Shown piece by piece: positions 20,144 through 30,210 of a DNA stretch of 64,000 nt (position 1 is its first letter; every line of letters begins with the position of its first letter). Source of the DNA: an uncultured Clostridia bacterium (GTDB lineage Bacteria > CAYTYR01 > UBA6262); NCBI GenBank assembly GCA_964441745.1, contig CAYTYR010000004.1, forward strand, positions 1-64,000, written 5' to 3'. The notes under the pieces were generated by a model. It was not told where the DNA came from and ran no database searches. It worked only from the letters and a program-made list of their open reading frames with translations. Made by a program: the position numbers and the translations under genes.

Positions 20144-22549
20144 ATGACTTTCAAGAATCTGCTTAAAAAGAAAAAGATCATTATTTTCGACGGGGCAATG
20201 GGTACTATGCTCCAGAGAGAAAACCTGCCTCAAGGTGTTTGTCCCGAGACTTATAATCTTACCCATCCGCAGATCATCAAGAAAATCCATCAAGCTTATA
20301 TCAATGCCGGCGCCCAGGCAATCATTGCTAATACTTTTGGCGCTAATCGCTTGAAACTGAAGGGTTATGGCCTGGAAGCGGATCAGGAAAAATTAATTTC
20401 CGCCGGGGTCAAGATCGCCCGGGAAGCGGCTAAACCAGAAGGTGTTTTGGTAGCAGGTGATATCAGCATCCTGGGGGAGCTGCTCGAACCGCTGGGAAAG
20501 ATATCATTCAGCGAGGCCGTGGACCTCTTCGCTGAGCAGGCCTGGCTATTAAAAAATGCCGGCTGTGATTGCCTGATCATAGAAACCATGACTGACCTGC
20601 AGGAAATGCGGGCGGCTATTATTGGCAGTAAAAAAGCCGGTTTGCCGGTAATTGCCTCCATGACCTTTGAAAAAGAATTACGGACCGTTACCGGGACAGA
20701 TCCGAAAACAGCAGCTATTGTCATGCAGTCTTTAGGCGCTGAGGTGATCGGCGCAAATTGCAGCGCCGGGCCTCAGGAGCTTTTAGCAGTAGCTGAAAAA
20801 ATGACAGCCGTGGCCAAAGTCCCGGTGATCATCCAACCCAATGCCGGGTTACCGACGCTGGAGAATGGGAAAACTGTTTTCCCTCTTGGCGCGGCTGAAT
20901 TCGCTTCGTTTGCCGCGGCTTTCGCCAAGCTTGGCGTATCATGCCTAGGCGGTTGTTGCGGGACGACGCCGGAACATATAAAAGCCTTGGCGAGTAGCGT
21001 AAAGCGTATAGCGTATAGAAAAATATCTAAAGAGAATAAAACATATTTGGCGTCAAGAACGAAGACAGTGGAGATCGGGGAATATCCGGTCATCATTGGC
21101 GAACGGATCAATCCCACTGCCAGGAAAGCTTTGGCTGAAGCTATTAAGGCTGGAAACTTTTCCCTGGTCTCAGAAGAAGCCAGAAAACAAGTTGCTGCAG
21201 GCTGCGACCTGCTGGATGTCAATGTCAGTGTGCCAGGAACGAATGAAAAAGAATCGATCCGCAAACTCGTTCTTGATTTAAGTTCCCAAATTGATAAACC
21301 ACTGGTGTTGGATTCGCCAAATGCTGAAGTACTCGAAGAGGGGCTAAAACATTTTCCCGGTAAAGCGCTGGTTAACTCTGTTACCGGAGAAAAAGCTAAA
21401 TTAAAAAAATTACTGCCGCTGGTAAAACAGTATGGCGCCGCGATTATAGGTTTATGCATTGATGAAAAAGGTATCCCCAAAACCTGGCAGAAAAGAGTGG
21501 AGATCGCCGGTAAAATAGTAAAAGAGACAGACGCTTGCGGTATTCCCCGCAGTGATGTTTTTATTGATGGCCTGACCTTGGCGCTTTCGGCTGAGCCTGG
21601 CGTAACATTGGAGACAACACGAGCGGTCACTGAGATTAAGAAGAAATACGGTGTCAAAACCGTACTGGGTGTCAGTAACGTCTCCCATGGCTTGCCCAAC
21701 CGGAGTTTGGTCAATGCTAATTTCCTGGCCATAGCTATCGCTGCCGGACTAGATGCCGTGATCATGAATCCACTTGATGAAAAAATGCAGGAAACATTGT
21801 TGGCTGCCGCTTATCTGTCTGGTCAGGATACAAACGGGCAGAAATACCTGGCGAAGTTTGCGCCCGCCACTAATGCTTCGGCGGGCAAACCCACAGGCGG
21901 AGCGCCTGCAGGTTTGGACACTAGTTTGAAACAAAAGATCATTAATGGGGATAAAGACGGTATATTACAGCTGACGGAACAGCTGCTAACCGGCACGAAA
22001 CCGCTGGATATTATCGACCGGGAAATAATTCCGGCGTTGGAAGATGTCGGTAAAAAATATGAGAGTAAAGAATATTTTCTGCCGCAGTTAATGCTGGCCG
22101 CTGAATGCGCCCAGGTAGCGATGAAACGCCTGCAAAAAGAATTAGCCAGGGTCGATTCTGCCAGCTCAGAAAAACAAGTCACGATAGTTTTTGCTACGGT
22201 CAAGGGCGATGTGCATGATATCGGCAAGAATATTGTCATTGCGATCCTGCAGAATTATGGCTATAACCTAATTGACCTGGGTAAGGATGTCTCTACTGAG
22301 AAGATTGTGGCCGCAGTCAAAAAACATCAAGCCCAGGTAGTGGCTCTTTCTGCCCTAATGACTACAACCATGGTCGAAATGCCGGCCATTATGAGTGCTT
22401 TAAAAGAAGCTGGGTTAAAGGTAAAAACAATAATTGGCGGGGCGGTAGTGACGAGGGAATATGCCGCCAGTATTGGCGCGGCGGCCTATGCTAAGGATGC
22501 AGTGGAAGCGGCGAGAGTAATTAAAGCTCTTTTGGCGGATAGCGGATAG
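20144..22549 (+). CDS. metH: Cobalamin-dependent methionine synthase (Hcy-, pterin- and B12-binding domains; no activation domain)
   Basis: DGAMGTML, GANCS.GP, GGCCGTTPEHI, IGERINPT, GDVHDIGKN, SALMTTT. Confidence 0.96.
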   Translation: MTFKNLLKKKKIIIFDGAMGTMLQRENLPQGVCPETYNLTHPQIIKKIHQAYINAGAQAIIANTFGANRLKLKGYGLEADQEKLISAGVKIAREAAKPEGVLVAGDISILGELLEPLGKISFSEAVDLFAEQAWLLKNAGCDCLIIETMTDLQEMRAAIIGSKKAGLPVIASMTFEKELRTVTGTDPKTAAIVMQSLGAEVIGANCSAGPQELLAVAEKMTAVAKVPVIIQPNAGLPTLENGKTVFPLGAAEFASFAAAFAKLGVSCLGGCCGTTPEHIKALASSVKRIAYRKISKENKTYLASRTKTVEIGEYPVIIGERINPTARKALAEAIKAGNFSLVSEEARKQVAAGCDLLDVNVSVPGTNEKESIRKLVLDLSSQIDKPLVLDSPNAEVLEEGLKHFPGKALVNSVTGEKAKLKKLLPLVKQYGAAIIGLCIDEKGIPKTWQKRVEIAGKIVKETDACGIPRSDVFIDGLTLALSAEPGVTLETTRAVTEIKKKYGVKTVLGVSNVSHGLPNRSLVNANFLAIAIAAGLDAVIMNPLDEKMQETLLAAAYLSGQDTNGQKYLAKFAPATNASAGKPTGGAPAGLDTSLKQKIINGDKDGILQLTEQLLTGTKPLDIIDREIIPALEDVGKKYESKEYFLPQLMLAAECAQVAMKRLQKELARVDSASSEKQVTIVFATVKGDVHDIGKNIVIAILQNYGYNLIDLGKDVSTEKIVAAVKKHQAQVVALSALMTTTMVEMPAIMSALKEAGLKVKTIIGGAVVTREYAASIGAAAYAKDAVEAARVIKALLADSG

Positions 22550-22581
22550 CGTGTAGCGTATAGGAAAAACAAGGATAATAA

Positions 22582-23220
22582 ATGATAATAACCAAACAGA
22601 AAGAATTAAATAAAATACTGGAACGATTGAAAGGCAAAAGCAAGATTTTTGTCGTTGGCTGCGCCGCGTGTGCCACTAAATGCGCCACTGGCGGTGAGGA
22701 ACAAGTCAAAATATTAGCGGAAGAATTAGCTAAAAATCAGAAACAAGTAACTGGGACTATAGTTCTGGACACTCCTTGTGATATGAGGATCGTCAAGAAA
22801 GACTTGCTGAATAATGACCAGGCCAGGACGGCTGAAAGCTTAGTGCTTTTAAGCTGTGGAGCGGGCGTCCAATCAATAGCTCAGGTTTGCCCGGAGATGG
22901 ATCTAGTGCCGTCACTGGATACTTTATTTTTAGGTAGTATCGAGCGGCTTGGCAATTTCAACCAGTATTGCTCGCTTTGCGGTGACTGTATTATCGATGA
23001 GACCGGTGGACTTTGCCCGGTGACCCGTTGTGCTAAGGCCCTGGTCAATGGTCCCTGTGGCGGGGCCGTGAACGGTAAATGTGAAGTAAACTCAGACCAG
23101 GATTGTGTCTGGGTCCTGATCTATGAAAAATTGAAGAAAAATACCGCAAATATTAAGAAGTACAGGAAAATAAAAAGTAATGCCAGTATCACTAAGCCGC
23201 AGAGGATAAAAACGAGATAA
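22582..23220 (+). CDS. metV: Methylene-THF reductase small subunit MetV
   Basis: GC..CATKC.TGG, CGAGVQ, C..CGDC.....GGLCPVTRCAK.LVNGPCGG...GKCE. Confidence 0.9.
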   Translation: MIITKQKELNKILERLKGKSKIFVVGCAACATKCATGGEEQVKILAEELAKNQKQVTGTIVLDTPCDMRIVKKDLLNNDQARTAESLVLLSCGAGVQSIAQVCPEMDLVPSLDTLFLGSIERLGNFNQYCSLCGDCIIDETGGLCPVTRCAKALVNGPCGGAVNGKCEVNSDQDCVWVLIYEKLKKNTANIKKYRKIKSNASITKPQRIKTR

Positions 23221-23275
23221 ATAGTGATAAGTGGTAAAGTGGTAAGTGATAGAGTAGAAAGGGAGAGATAGTATT

Positions 23276-24136
23276 TTGTCTTTTAAGGATGTTTTAAAAA
23301 CAAAGAAGTTTATAATAACGGCGGAATTATTCCCGCCCAAGGGAACCAATATTCAGCCGCTGCTGGAGAAGGCTAAACTGTTGCGCGGCGAAATTGACGG
23401 TTTTAATGTGACCGATAACCAGCGGGCAGTGATGAGACTGGGTTCTTTGGCGATTTGCCGTCTTTTAAAGGAACAGGGATGTGAGCCGATCATGCAGTTG
23501 ACTTGCCGCGACCGTAACCGGATCGCCCTGGAATCAGACCTGTTGAGCGCCAGCGTCTTGGGTGTGGAGAATATCTTGATCCTCAGCGGCGATCATCCGA
23601 CGCAAGGGGACCATAAAGAGGCCAAACCTGTGTATGACCTGGATCCGGTGCAATTACTGACAACAGCCCGGATGTTGGAAAATGGTGTTGATCTCGTCGG
23701 TAAAAAACTGGACGGTTTACCGCGATTCTGCTTAGGTGGAGTAGTTAACCCGATGGCCGATCCGCTGGAGCTGCAGCTGGCTATGATGGAGAAAAAAATA
23801 GCGGCTGGCGCTGAATTTTTCCAGACCCAGCCGATTTTCGATTTTAAGTTATTGGAAACATTTTTAGCCAGGACCAGGGATTCCGGCACAAAAATATTAA
23901 TCGGGGTGTTCCTGCTGAAATCAGCCCGGGCCGCGATCTTCATGAAGGAAAAATTGGGGATAAATATCTCTCCCCAGTATATTGAACGCCTAAGCCGGGC
24001 GGCTAATCCGTTAGAGGAAGGTATTGCCATTGCCGGTGAGCTGATTTCCCAGATGAAACCGCACGTTGACGGCGTGCACCTGATGGCCTTGGGTTTGGAA
24101 GAACACATCCCGGAAATACTAGACCGAGTTAAATAG
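23276..24136 (+). CDS. metF: Methylenetetrahydrofolate reductase MetF
   Basis: TAELFPPKG, NVTDN, TCRDRNR, GDHP, KKIAAGAEFFQTQ. Confidence 0.95.
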   Translation: MSFKDVLKTKKFIITAELFPPKGTNIQPLLEKAKLLRGEIDGFNVTDNQRAVMRLGSLAICRLLKEQGCEPIMQLTCRDRNRIALESDLLSASVLGVENILILSGDHPTQGDHKEAKPVYDLDPVQLLTTARMLENGVDLVGKKLDGLPRFCLGGVVNPMADPLELQLAMMEKKIAAGAEFFQTQPIFDFKLLETFLARTRDSGTKILIGVFLLKSARAAIFMKEKLGINISPQYIERLSRAANPLEEGIAIAGELISQMKPHVDGVHLMALGLEEHIPEILDRVK

Positions 24137-24287
24137 AACCGTAGACTGGTTACAGGTTGTAAGTTCTAGAAGTAAGTATGGACGTAGGGAATAAGTCTTA
24201 AGGCTTCAAGACTAACTTCCTGAAACCTTAGACTAAACCTACTTCTTTAAACCAACAACCTGAGACTGGTTGATTAAGGGGGTAGCG

Positions 24288-24530
24288 ATGATTTTTGAGG
24301 ATGATGTCAGGATTATTTTAAAAGAAGTCATTAATCCGGAATTAAATGTCAGTATCGTCGATGAGGGAATTGTCAAGGAAATCAGGATAGATGATGCCCA
24401 GGTAACTATAATTCTTTCCAATCGTTATGCCGGGACGACAATGGCCGAATATTTTACTTCCCTGATCAAAGAAAAGCTGGAAGCGGAACAGGGTATCGAT
24501 AGCGTAACTGTTGATTTTGCCGTGGAGTGA
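24288..24530 (+). CDS. DUF59 / Fe-S assembly (SufT/PaaD-like) domain protein
   Basis: LKEVINPEL.VSIVDEGIV motif; usual Cys absent. Confidence 0.75.
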   Translation: MIFEDDVRIILKEVINPELNVSIVDEGIVKEIRIDDAQVTIILSNRYAGTTMAEYFTSLIKEKLEAEQGIDSVTVDFAVE

Positions 24531-24535
24531 TCCCA

Positions 24536-24955
24536 ATGTTAGCAGAAACAGGGCGGGTGATCAAAGTTGAAGGGACGCAGGCAACCGTAGAAATGAACCG
24601 TCATAGCGCCTGTGCCCATTGCGGTATCTGTACTGCCGGCAGCCAGGACAAAATGGAAATCATGGCTGATAATAGTATTGGCTCCAAAGTAGATGACTTG
24701 GTGAAAGTAGCCGTTGAGGGGCCAGTTATTCTAAAATCAGCTTTTATAGTTTATATTATCCCTCTTTTTGGATTAGTTCTTGGTTATCTGGCCGGCCGGC
24801 ATTTTGGCGGCGAGAAACTGGGAGTAGTATTAGGTCTTAGCAGTGTAGTGCTGGTGTTGTCTGGCCTGCATTATTATGACCGGAAGCTAAAAAAAGATAA
24901 TACTTTGATCGTGCAGATTACGGAAATATTATCCCCCCTTGATTTACCTCAGTAA
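24536..24955 (+). CDS. rseC: RseC/MucC family membrane protein
   Basis: ETGRV, SACAHCG.C, AFIVYIIPL, two C-terminal TMs. Confidence 0.85.
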   Translation: MLAETGRVIKVEGTQATVEMNRHSACAHCGICTAGSQDKMEIMADNSIGSKVDDLVKVAVEGPVILKSAFIVYIIPLFGLVLGYLAGRHFGGEKLGVVLGLSSVVLVLSGLHYYDRKLKKDNTLIVQITEILSPLDLPQ

Positions 24956-25013
24956 ATCAAAGCAGGGGGGACAGGCAGGAATTTGGCAGATTATTACCAT
25001 AGGAGGATAAGAA

Positions 25014-26057
25014 GTGCCTAAAGAAAAAATAGGAATTATAACAGTATTATTATTGGTCTTAGTCGCGAGCAGTGCCTGGTCAGAGAAGGCGCCGCTGGAG
25101 TATGATGCCTTTGACGGGCAGGTAATAGGAGCCCGGGCTATCGGCACAGGAGAAGCTTTTGCCGGGTTGGGTAATGATGCTTCAGCCCCTTACTGGAATC
25201 CGGCTGGCCTGGCGTTAATGAGTGGAAAATCTTTTTCTCTTTGCTCTTATTTGCAGCGTGAAAGCAGCGCTAAATGGGAAGATGTGATTATGAGCGATCC
25301 ATTGCGCGGCGGCAAATTCGTTTATATGAGTTTTGCCGCGCCTGACGGGGCGTTGTCTGTCCGTCCCTTATCGAAGATAGCGACTGATACCTATACTAAT
25401 GTTAACGGCGTAGAAGAATGGGTAAACAAGAAGATAATTGTCAATGAAATAATGCTGTCTACAGCCAGGAAATATCAGGATAATATTTATACCGGAGTGA
25501 GCTTGAATTATTTCAACAGTAACCTGTCTATCGCCCAGCGGACTAAAGATGCAGCCAGCGATATCACCCGGATCAATGTAGATACAGGTAACGGCTGGAG
25601 TCTTGACCTGGGATTAGTTTATGTGGCGAGCCCCAATCTTTATTTGGGGGTCAGCGCCTTGAATGCCATTGGCTATATGTACTGGAGTGATTATGACCAG
25701 AATCGGTTACCCCTGTCCTTGAAAGGCGGGGTAGCCATGACTTTGCCGCAAAAAGTGACTTTTGTCTGTGATATAAAAAGGATGTATTACCCTGATCATG
25801 AGGATATCACCACCAAACATATCGGCATCGAAACATACTTGCTTAATTTATTTACTTTAAGAGCGGGGATGAGCGGGGAAAACTGGAATGATCCGGATAA
25901 GGTGGCATATACGTTCGGGGTTGGATTTTCTGAAAACGGCTATATTTTGGATTTAGCGATGAAGAAAAACAAAATCAAGGACTCTTTAGCCCCTGATCGT
26001 TTTGAAACTATATCTACCTACATGGTTTCTTTAAGCATGCCATTCGGTGGAAACTAG
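25014..26057 (+). CDS. PorV/FadL/UPF0164-like outer-membrane beta-barrel
   Basis: Signal peptide; GARAIGTGEAF.G..NDASA.YWNPAGL motif; alternating beta-strand pattern. Confidence 0.8.
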   Translation: MPKEKIGIITVLLLVLVASSAWSEKAPLEYDAFDGQVIGARAIGTGEAFAGLGNDASAPYWNPAGLALMSGKSFSLCSYLQRESSAKWEDVIMSDPLRGGKFVYMSFAAPDGALSVRPLSKIATDTYTNVNGVEEWVNKKIIVNEIMLSTARKYQDNIYTGVSLNYFNSNLSIAQRTKDAASDITRINVDTGNGWSLDLGLVYVASPNLYLGVSALNAIGYMYWSDYDQNRLPLSLKGGVAMTLPQKVTFVCDIKRMYYPDHEDITTKHIGIETYLLNLFTLRAGMSGENWNDPDKVAYTFGVGFSENGYILDLAMKKNKIKDSLAPDRFETISTYMVSLSMPFGGN

Positions 26058-26128
26058 CGTTAAGCGGGTAGCGTTTAGCGTATAGAAAAGCTTTAAACTA
26101 TCCGCTATACGCCATACGCTATACGCTA
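26055..26128 (-). repeat. ~73-bp heptamer-repeat hairpin element, copy 3 (inverted), between convergent genes
   Basis: Reverse complement matches 4870-4943 over both arms and most of the loop. Confidence 0.85.
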
Positions 26129-26131
26129 ATT

Positions 26132-26320
26132 TTACGCTTTTTGGATCTTCTCACTGCGGATACATTTAGTGCAGACATATTTTTTAGCTGTTTGCCCGGC
26201 CAATTTGATCCTGACCTTCTGCAGGTTGACGTGGAAGCGCCGATTGCTGGCTTTGTGCGAATGACTGATTTTGTTACCGGATGTGGCTTGTTTGCCGCAA
26301 ATTGCGCATTTAATTAGCAT
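26132..26320 (-). CDS. rpmB: 50S ribosomal protein L28
   Basis: CAICGK...GNKISHSH...RRF.VNLQ...VCTKCIRS (zinc-binding form). Confidence 0.97.
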   Translation of the reverse strand: MLIKCAICGKQATSGNKISHSHKASNRRFHVNLQKVRIKLAGQTAKKYVCTKCIRSEKIQKA

Positions 26321-26344
26321 TGTTCACCTCTTGAATTATTGGTT

Positions 26345-26430
26345 GCGAATACCGCGAATTAAAAAATCCGAATACCGCGAATAACCTTAATAACTAATTC
26401 GAGAAATTCGCTATCATTCGCTTAATTCGG
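26345..26430. repeat. Four-box inverted-repeat element (CGAATACCGCGAAT x2 / ATTCG-n4-ATTCG x2)
   Basis: Direct reading of the rpmB-recG spacer. Confidence 0.75.
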
Positions 26431-26550
26431 CTTTTATTTTATAGCATATTTATCAAATATTGGCAAGAGAATATTTTTAGGTAAAATCGATTACCCGCCA
26501 CTAAAGCTTTGGCGGGCGCAGCACAGATTACTTTATTATTGGCTAATTCT

Positions 26551-28623
26551 ATGATGGATTTGAATAAAGATGTGCAATATCTTAAGGGAGTGGGGCCGCA
26601 GCGGGCCAAACTCCTGAAAGACATTGGTATTCTCACCGTCTATGATTTGCTCACCTATTTTCCACGCGATTATGCTGATCGCAGCCAGCTTAAATTGATT
26701 GCCCAGCTGCATTCTGAAGAAACCACTTCTATCCAGGCTACTGTCCTCCGTCACCAGGTAATCTATACCAGGAACCGCCGACAATTATTAAAGATCACGG
26801 TCAGTGATGGCACCGGGACCGTGATCATGGTCTGTTTTAACCAGGTTTACCTGAAAAACTATCTGCCCCAGGGAACCACGGTCATTATCAGCGGCAAGTT
26901 TGAACAGGCAGCGCACAGGAAAAACACTTTTGAAATAAAGAATTTTGTTTACGAGATTTTGAGCGGTGACCATGAAGACTTGATCCATACCGGCCGGATC
27001 GTTCCGATATATAGCGTTACCGAAAGCCTGAATATGCGGTTCCTGCGGACCTTGATCCGCCGTACTTTAAATGAATATAAAGAAAATTTAAGTGAATATT
27101 TGCCGGAATCTATCCGGCAGCAGGAATTTCTGCTGACTTTTAAGGAAGCTGTAGAATGGATGCATTTCCCGCCTGATTTTCCCACCCAGCAGCAAGCCAG
27201 GCAGCGTCTGGCCTTCGGTGAGTTTTTCTTGCTGGAAACAGCGCTGGCGATGAAACATTTCCAGCAGCAGCGCCAAACTAACGGGATCGCTTTTGCCATC
27301 CATAAAACTTTACTGACGCCTTTCAAGGAATTACTGCCTTTTGAATTCACTACTGACCAAAAGAAGGTGATTGGTGAAATTTTCACAGATATGCAATCTC
27401 CCCGGATAATGAACCGGCTATTGCAGGGGGATGTCGGCAGTGGGAAGACCATTGTCTCCTTGTGTGCCATGCTCCTGGCTGCCGAAAATAAGTACCAGTC
27501 TGTTTTAATGGCGCCGACCGAGATCCTGGCAGAGCAGCATTTTATTTATTTGCAAAAATACCTGCAGCCACTGGGATTGAAAGCGGTCCTGTTTACCAGC
27601 GGTATGGATAAAAAAAATCTCCGGCAGAACCGGGAGGCGCTGGCTCAGGGAACAGCCCAGATTGCGATCGGTACTCATGCGCTATTGGAGGAACAGGTAG
27701 TCTTCCAGAATTTGGGCTTAATCGTAGTTGATGAACAACATCGATTTGGGGTCAGGCAACGCGCTCTGCTGCGGCAGAAGGGAAATAATCCTGATGTCTT
27801 GGTCATGACGGCAACACCTATCCCTCGTTCTTTGGCTTTGACCATTTACGGGGACCTGGATGTTTCTATCATCAGGGAATTACCGCCTGGCCGGAAACCG
27901 GTTAAAACCCTGAAAGTGAATGAACTGGAAGCCTATGGTTTTATCAAAGAGGAAATTACCAGCGGACACCAGGCCTTTATGGTCTATCCGTTAATCGAGG
28001 AATCACCGAAGTTCACTCTTAAAGCCGCTAAAAAAATGGCCCAGGATTTACAGGAAAAGATCTTCCCTGAATTTAGGGTCGGACTGCTGCATGGACGGCT
28101 GAAAGTAAAAGAAAAAGAACAGATCATGCAGGATTTCGTAGGGAAAAAGATTGACCTGCTGGTAGCTACTACGGTCGTGGAAGTAGGCATAGATGTGGCT
28201 AATGCCACCGTGATCATGATCGAGCATGCCGAAAGATTTGGCTTGGCCACTCTGCATCAATTACGCGGCCGGGTGGGGCGGAGCAGGGCCCAATCATATT
28301 GCCTTTTAAGCGCTGATGATAAAACAGAGGATGCCCGCAGCAGGATCAGGGCGATGCTGGAAACCACGGATGGATTCAAGATCGCCGAAGAGGACCTGAA
28401 GATCCGCGGGCCGGGAGAATTTTTCGGTGTCAGGCAGAGTGGTTTGCCTGAATTTAAAGTCGCTGACCTGGTACGGGATTTTGCCCTGCTCGCCCAGACC
28501 CGGGAACTTAGCTTTCACCTGGTGCAGCAAGATCCCCGGCTGACTAACCCGGAGCATCGTTTATTGGCGGCAGAGATCAGGAAGAATTTTGGCAGTGGAA
28601 TAAATTTAGTACATATTGGTTGA
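26551..28623 (+). CDS. recG: ATP-dependent DNA helicase RecG
   Basis: LKGVGP, QGDVGSGKT, DEQHRFG, TATPIPR, QLRGRVGR, DLKIRGPGE; start placed at the ATG at 26551. Confidence 0.97.
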   Translation: MMDLNKDVQYLKGVGPQRAKLLKDIGILTVYDLLTYFPRDYADRSQLKLIAQLHSEETTSIQATVLRHQVIYTRNRRQLLKITVSDGTGTVIMVCFNQVYLKNYLPQGTTVIISGKFEQAAHRKNTFEIKNFVYEILSGDHEDLIHTGRIVPIYSVTESLNMRFLRTLIRRTLNEYKENLSEYLPESIRQQEFLLTFKEAVEWMHFPPDFPTQQQARQRLAFGEFFLLETALAMKHFQQQRQTNGIAFAIHKTLLTPFKELLPFEFTTDQKKVIGEIFTDMQSPRIMNRLLQGDVGSGKTIVSLCAMLLAAENKYQSVLMAPTEILAEQHFIYLQKYLQPLGLKAVLFTSGMDKKNLRQNREALAQGTAQIAIGTHALLEEQVVFQNLGLIVVDEQHRFGVRQRALLRQKGNNPDVLVMTATPIPRSLALTIYGDLDVSIIRELPPGRKPVKTLKVNELEAYGFIKEEITSGHQAFMVYPLIEESPKFTLKAAKKMAQDLQEKIFPEFRVGLLHGRLKVKEKEQIMQDFVGKKIDLLVATTVVEVGIDVANATVIMIEHAERFGLATLHQLRGRVGRSRAQSYCLLSADDKTEDARSRIRAMLETTDGFKIAEEDLKIRGPGEFFGVRQSGLPEFKVADLVRDFALLAQTRELSFHLVQQDPRLTNPEHRLLAAEIRKNFGSGINLVHIG

Positions 28624-28684
28624 AAATTGCCATTAATATGGTATGATTAGATATGAGGCAAGAAAGTTTCAGGAGGGATTATTA

Positions 28685-29176
28685 ATGACCAAAATAGCAG
28701 TATATCCAGGAAGTTTTGACCCGGTTACCTATGGCCACTTGGATATAGCCAGTCGGGCGACGAATATTTTTGACCACCTGATCATTGCCGTGACCAGTAA
28801 CCAGTCTAAAAAGACCCTGTTCAGCATCAAGGAAAGGGTCGAGATGATCAAGGTTGTGACTAAGCAGATGCCGAAAGTGGAAGTACAGAGTTTTGACGGG
28901 TTGCTGGTGGAATTTGTCAAGGAACATCAAGCCAAGGTGATCATCCGGGGATTGCGGGCCGTCAGCGATTTTGAATACGAACTGCAGATGGCCTTAATGA
29001 ACCGCAAATTGGAAAGCGCGGTAGATACTGTTTTCCTGATGCCGGCTGAGCCCTATACCTATTTGTCTTCCAGCGTGGTCAAGGAGATCATGTCCAAAGG
29101 GGGTAAGGCAGAGCAATTTTTACCGCCATTTGTAGAACAAAAATTACGGCAAAAGTTTTCATTGACAAAAAAATAA
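28685..29176 (+). CDS. coaD: Phosphopantetheine adenylyltransferase
   Basis: YPGSFDPVTYGH, RGLRAVSDFEYE. Confidence 0.98.
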   Translation: MTKIAVYPGSFDPVTYGHLDIASRATNIFDHLIIAVTSNQSKKTLFSIKERVEMIKVVTKQMPKVEVQSFDGLLVEFVKEHQAKVIIRGLRAVSDFEYELQMALMNRKLESAVDTVFLMPAEPYTYLSSSVVKEIMSKGGKAEQFLPPFVEQKLRQKFSLTKK

Positions 29177-29220
29177 GGATATGATAAAAATAATTAATAT
29201 TGGTTTACGACGGAGAATTC

Positions 29221-30207
29221 ATGAGCGTAATTGAAGATATTAGGGTGCGTGCGCGCAACAATAATCGTGCTATTCTTTTGCCGGAAGGCGGGGATGAGCG
29301 GACTATTGAAGCCGCCAGTATTATTACGCGTGAAAAAATAGCCAGAGTAACCTTGCTGGGAGATGAAGAAATTATTAGCAGCAAGGCTGCCAGCCTGAAA
29401 GTGGACCTTACCGGTGTTAAAATCACCAACAACAAGCAACATCCCCGTTTCCAAGAGTATACCGAACAATTTTGCCAACTCAGAAAACATAAAGGAATCA
29501 CGATGGAAGATGCCGCCGCTACTATGGCTAATCCCTTGTATTATGGGGGCATGATGCTGCGTAATGGTGAAGCTGACGGAATGGTCGGCGGCGCGGTGAA
29601 TACTACCGCGGAAACTACCAAAGCAGCTTTATACTGTGTCGGATTGGCTGAGGGTAATTCCACTTTATCCAGTTTTTTCCTGATGATCGTGCCTGATTGT
29701 CCTTATGGATTTCACGGCGCTTTGATGTATGCTGACGCCGGGGTAGTGCCTGATCCTTCGCCGAAACAGCTCTGCAATATTGCTTTATATACCGCCAAGA
29801 GCACCCGGCTCTTGTTAAATATTGAACCGATCGTGGCTTTCCTGTCCTTTTCCACTAAAGGCAGCGCCCAGCATCCGGCGCTGGACAAAATATTTAAAGC
29901 TTTAGCCCTGGTCAAGGAAAAAGATCCAACCCTGATCGTTGACGGCGAGTTGCAGGGTGATGCCGCGCTGGTCCCTGAAGTCGGAGCGAAAAAAGCGCCA
30001 GGCAGTCCGGTGGCCGGCAAGGCCAATGTGCTGGTTTTCCCAGACTTAAATGCCGCTAATATTTCCTATAAATTGACTCAGCGCCTGGCCAAGGCAGAAG
30101 CCTATGGCCCGATCTACCAGGGATTGGCTAAGCCAGTTAATGATCTTTCACGCGGTTGCACTGCTCTGGATATCGTGAATGTTACCGCGATCACGGCGAT
30201 ACAGTAA
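29221..30207 (+). CDS. pta: Phosphate acetyltransferase
   Basis: [42 protein letters not shown]. Confidence 0.96.
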   Translation: MSVIEDIRVRARNNNRAILLPEGGDERTIEAASIITREKIARVTLLGDEEIISSKAASLKVDLTGVKITNNKQHPRFQEYTEQFCQLRKHKGITMEDAAATMANPLYYGGMMLRNGEADGMVGGAVNTTAETTKAALYCVGLAEGNSTLSSFFLMIVPDCPYGFHGALMYADAGVVPDPSPKQLCNIALYTAKSTRLLLNIEPIVAFLSFSTKGSAQHPALDKIFKALALVKEKDPTLIVDGELQGDAALVPEVGAKKAPGSPVAGKANVLVFPDLNAANISYKLTQRLAKAEAYGPIYQGLAKPVNDLSRGCTALDIVNVTAITAIQ

Positions 30208-30210
30208 GTA

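Noticed and set aside
20773-21765. 330-aa minus-strand ORF and the many other antisense ORFs
   Set aside because: Shadows of well-supported plus-strand genes; no motifs or RBS
26509-26550. N-terminal extension of RecG from the TTG start
   Set aside because: The TTG lies inside a palindromic repeat; homology starts near the ATG at 26551
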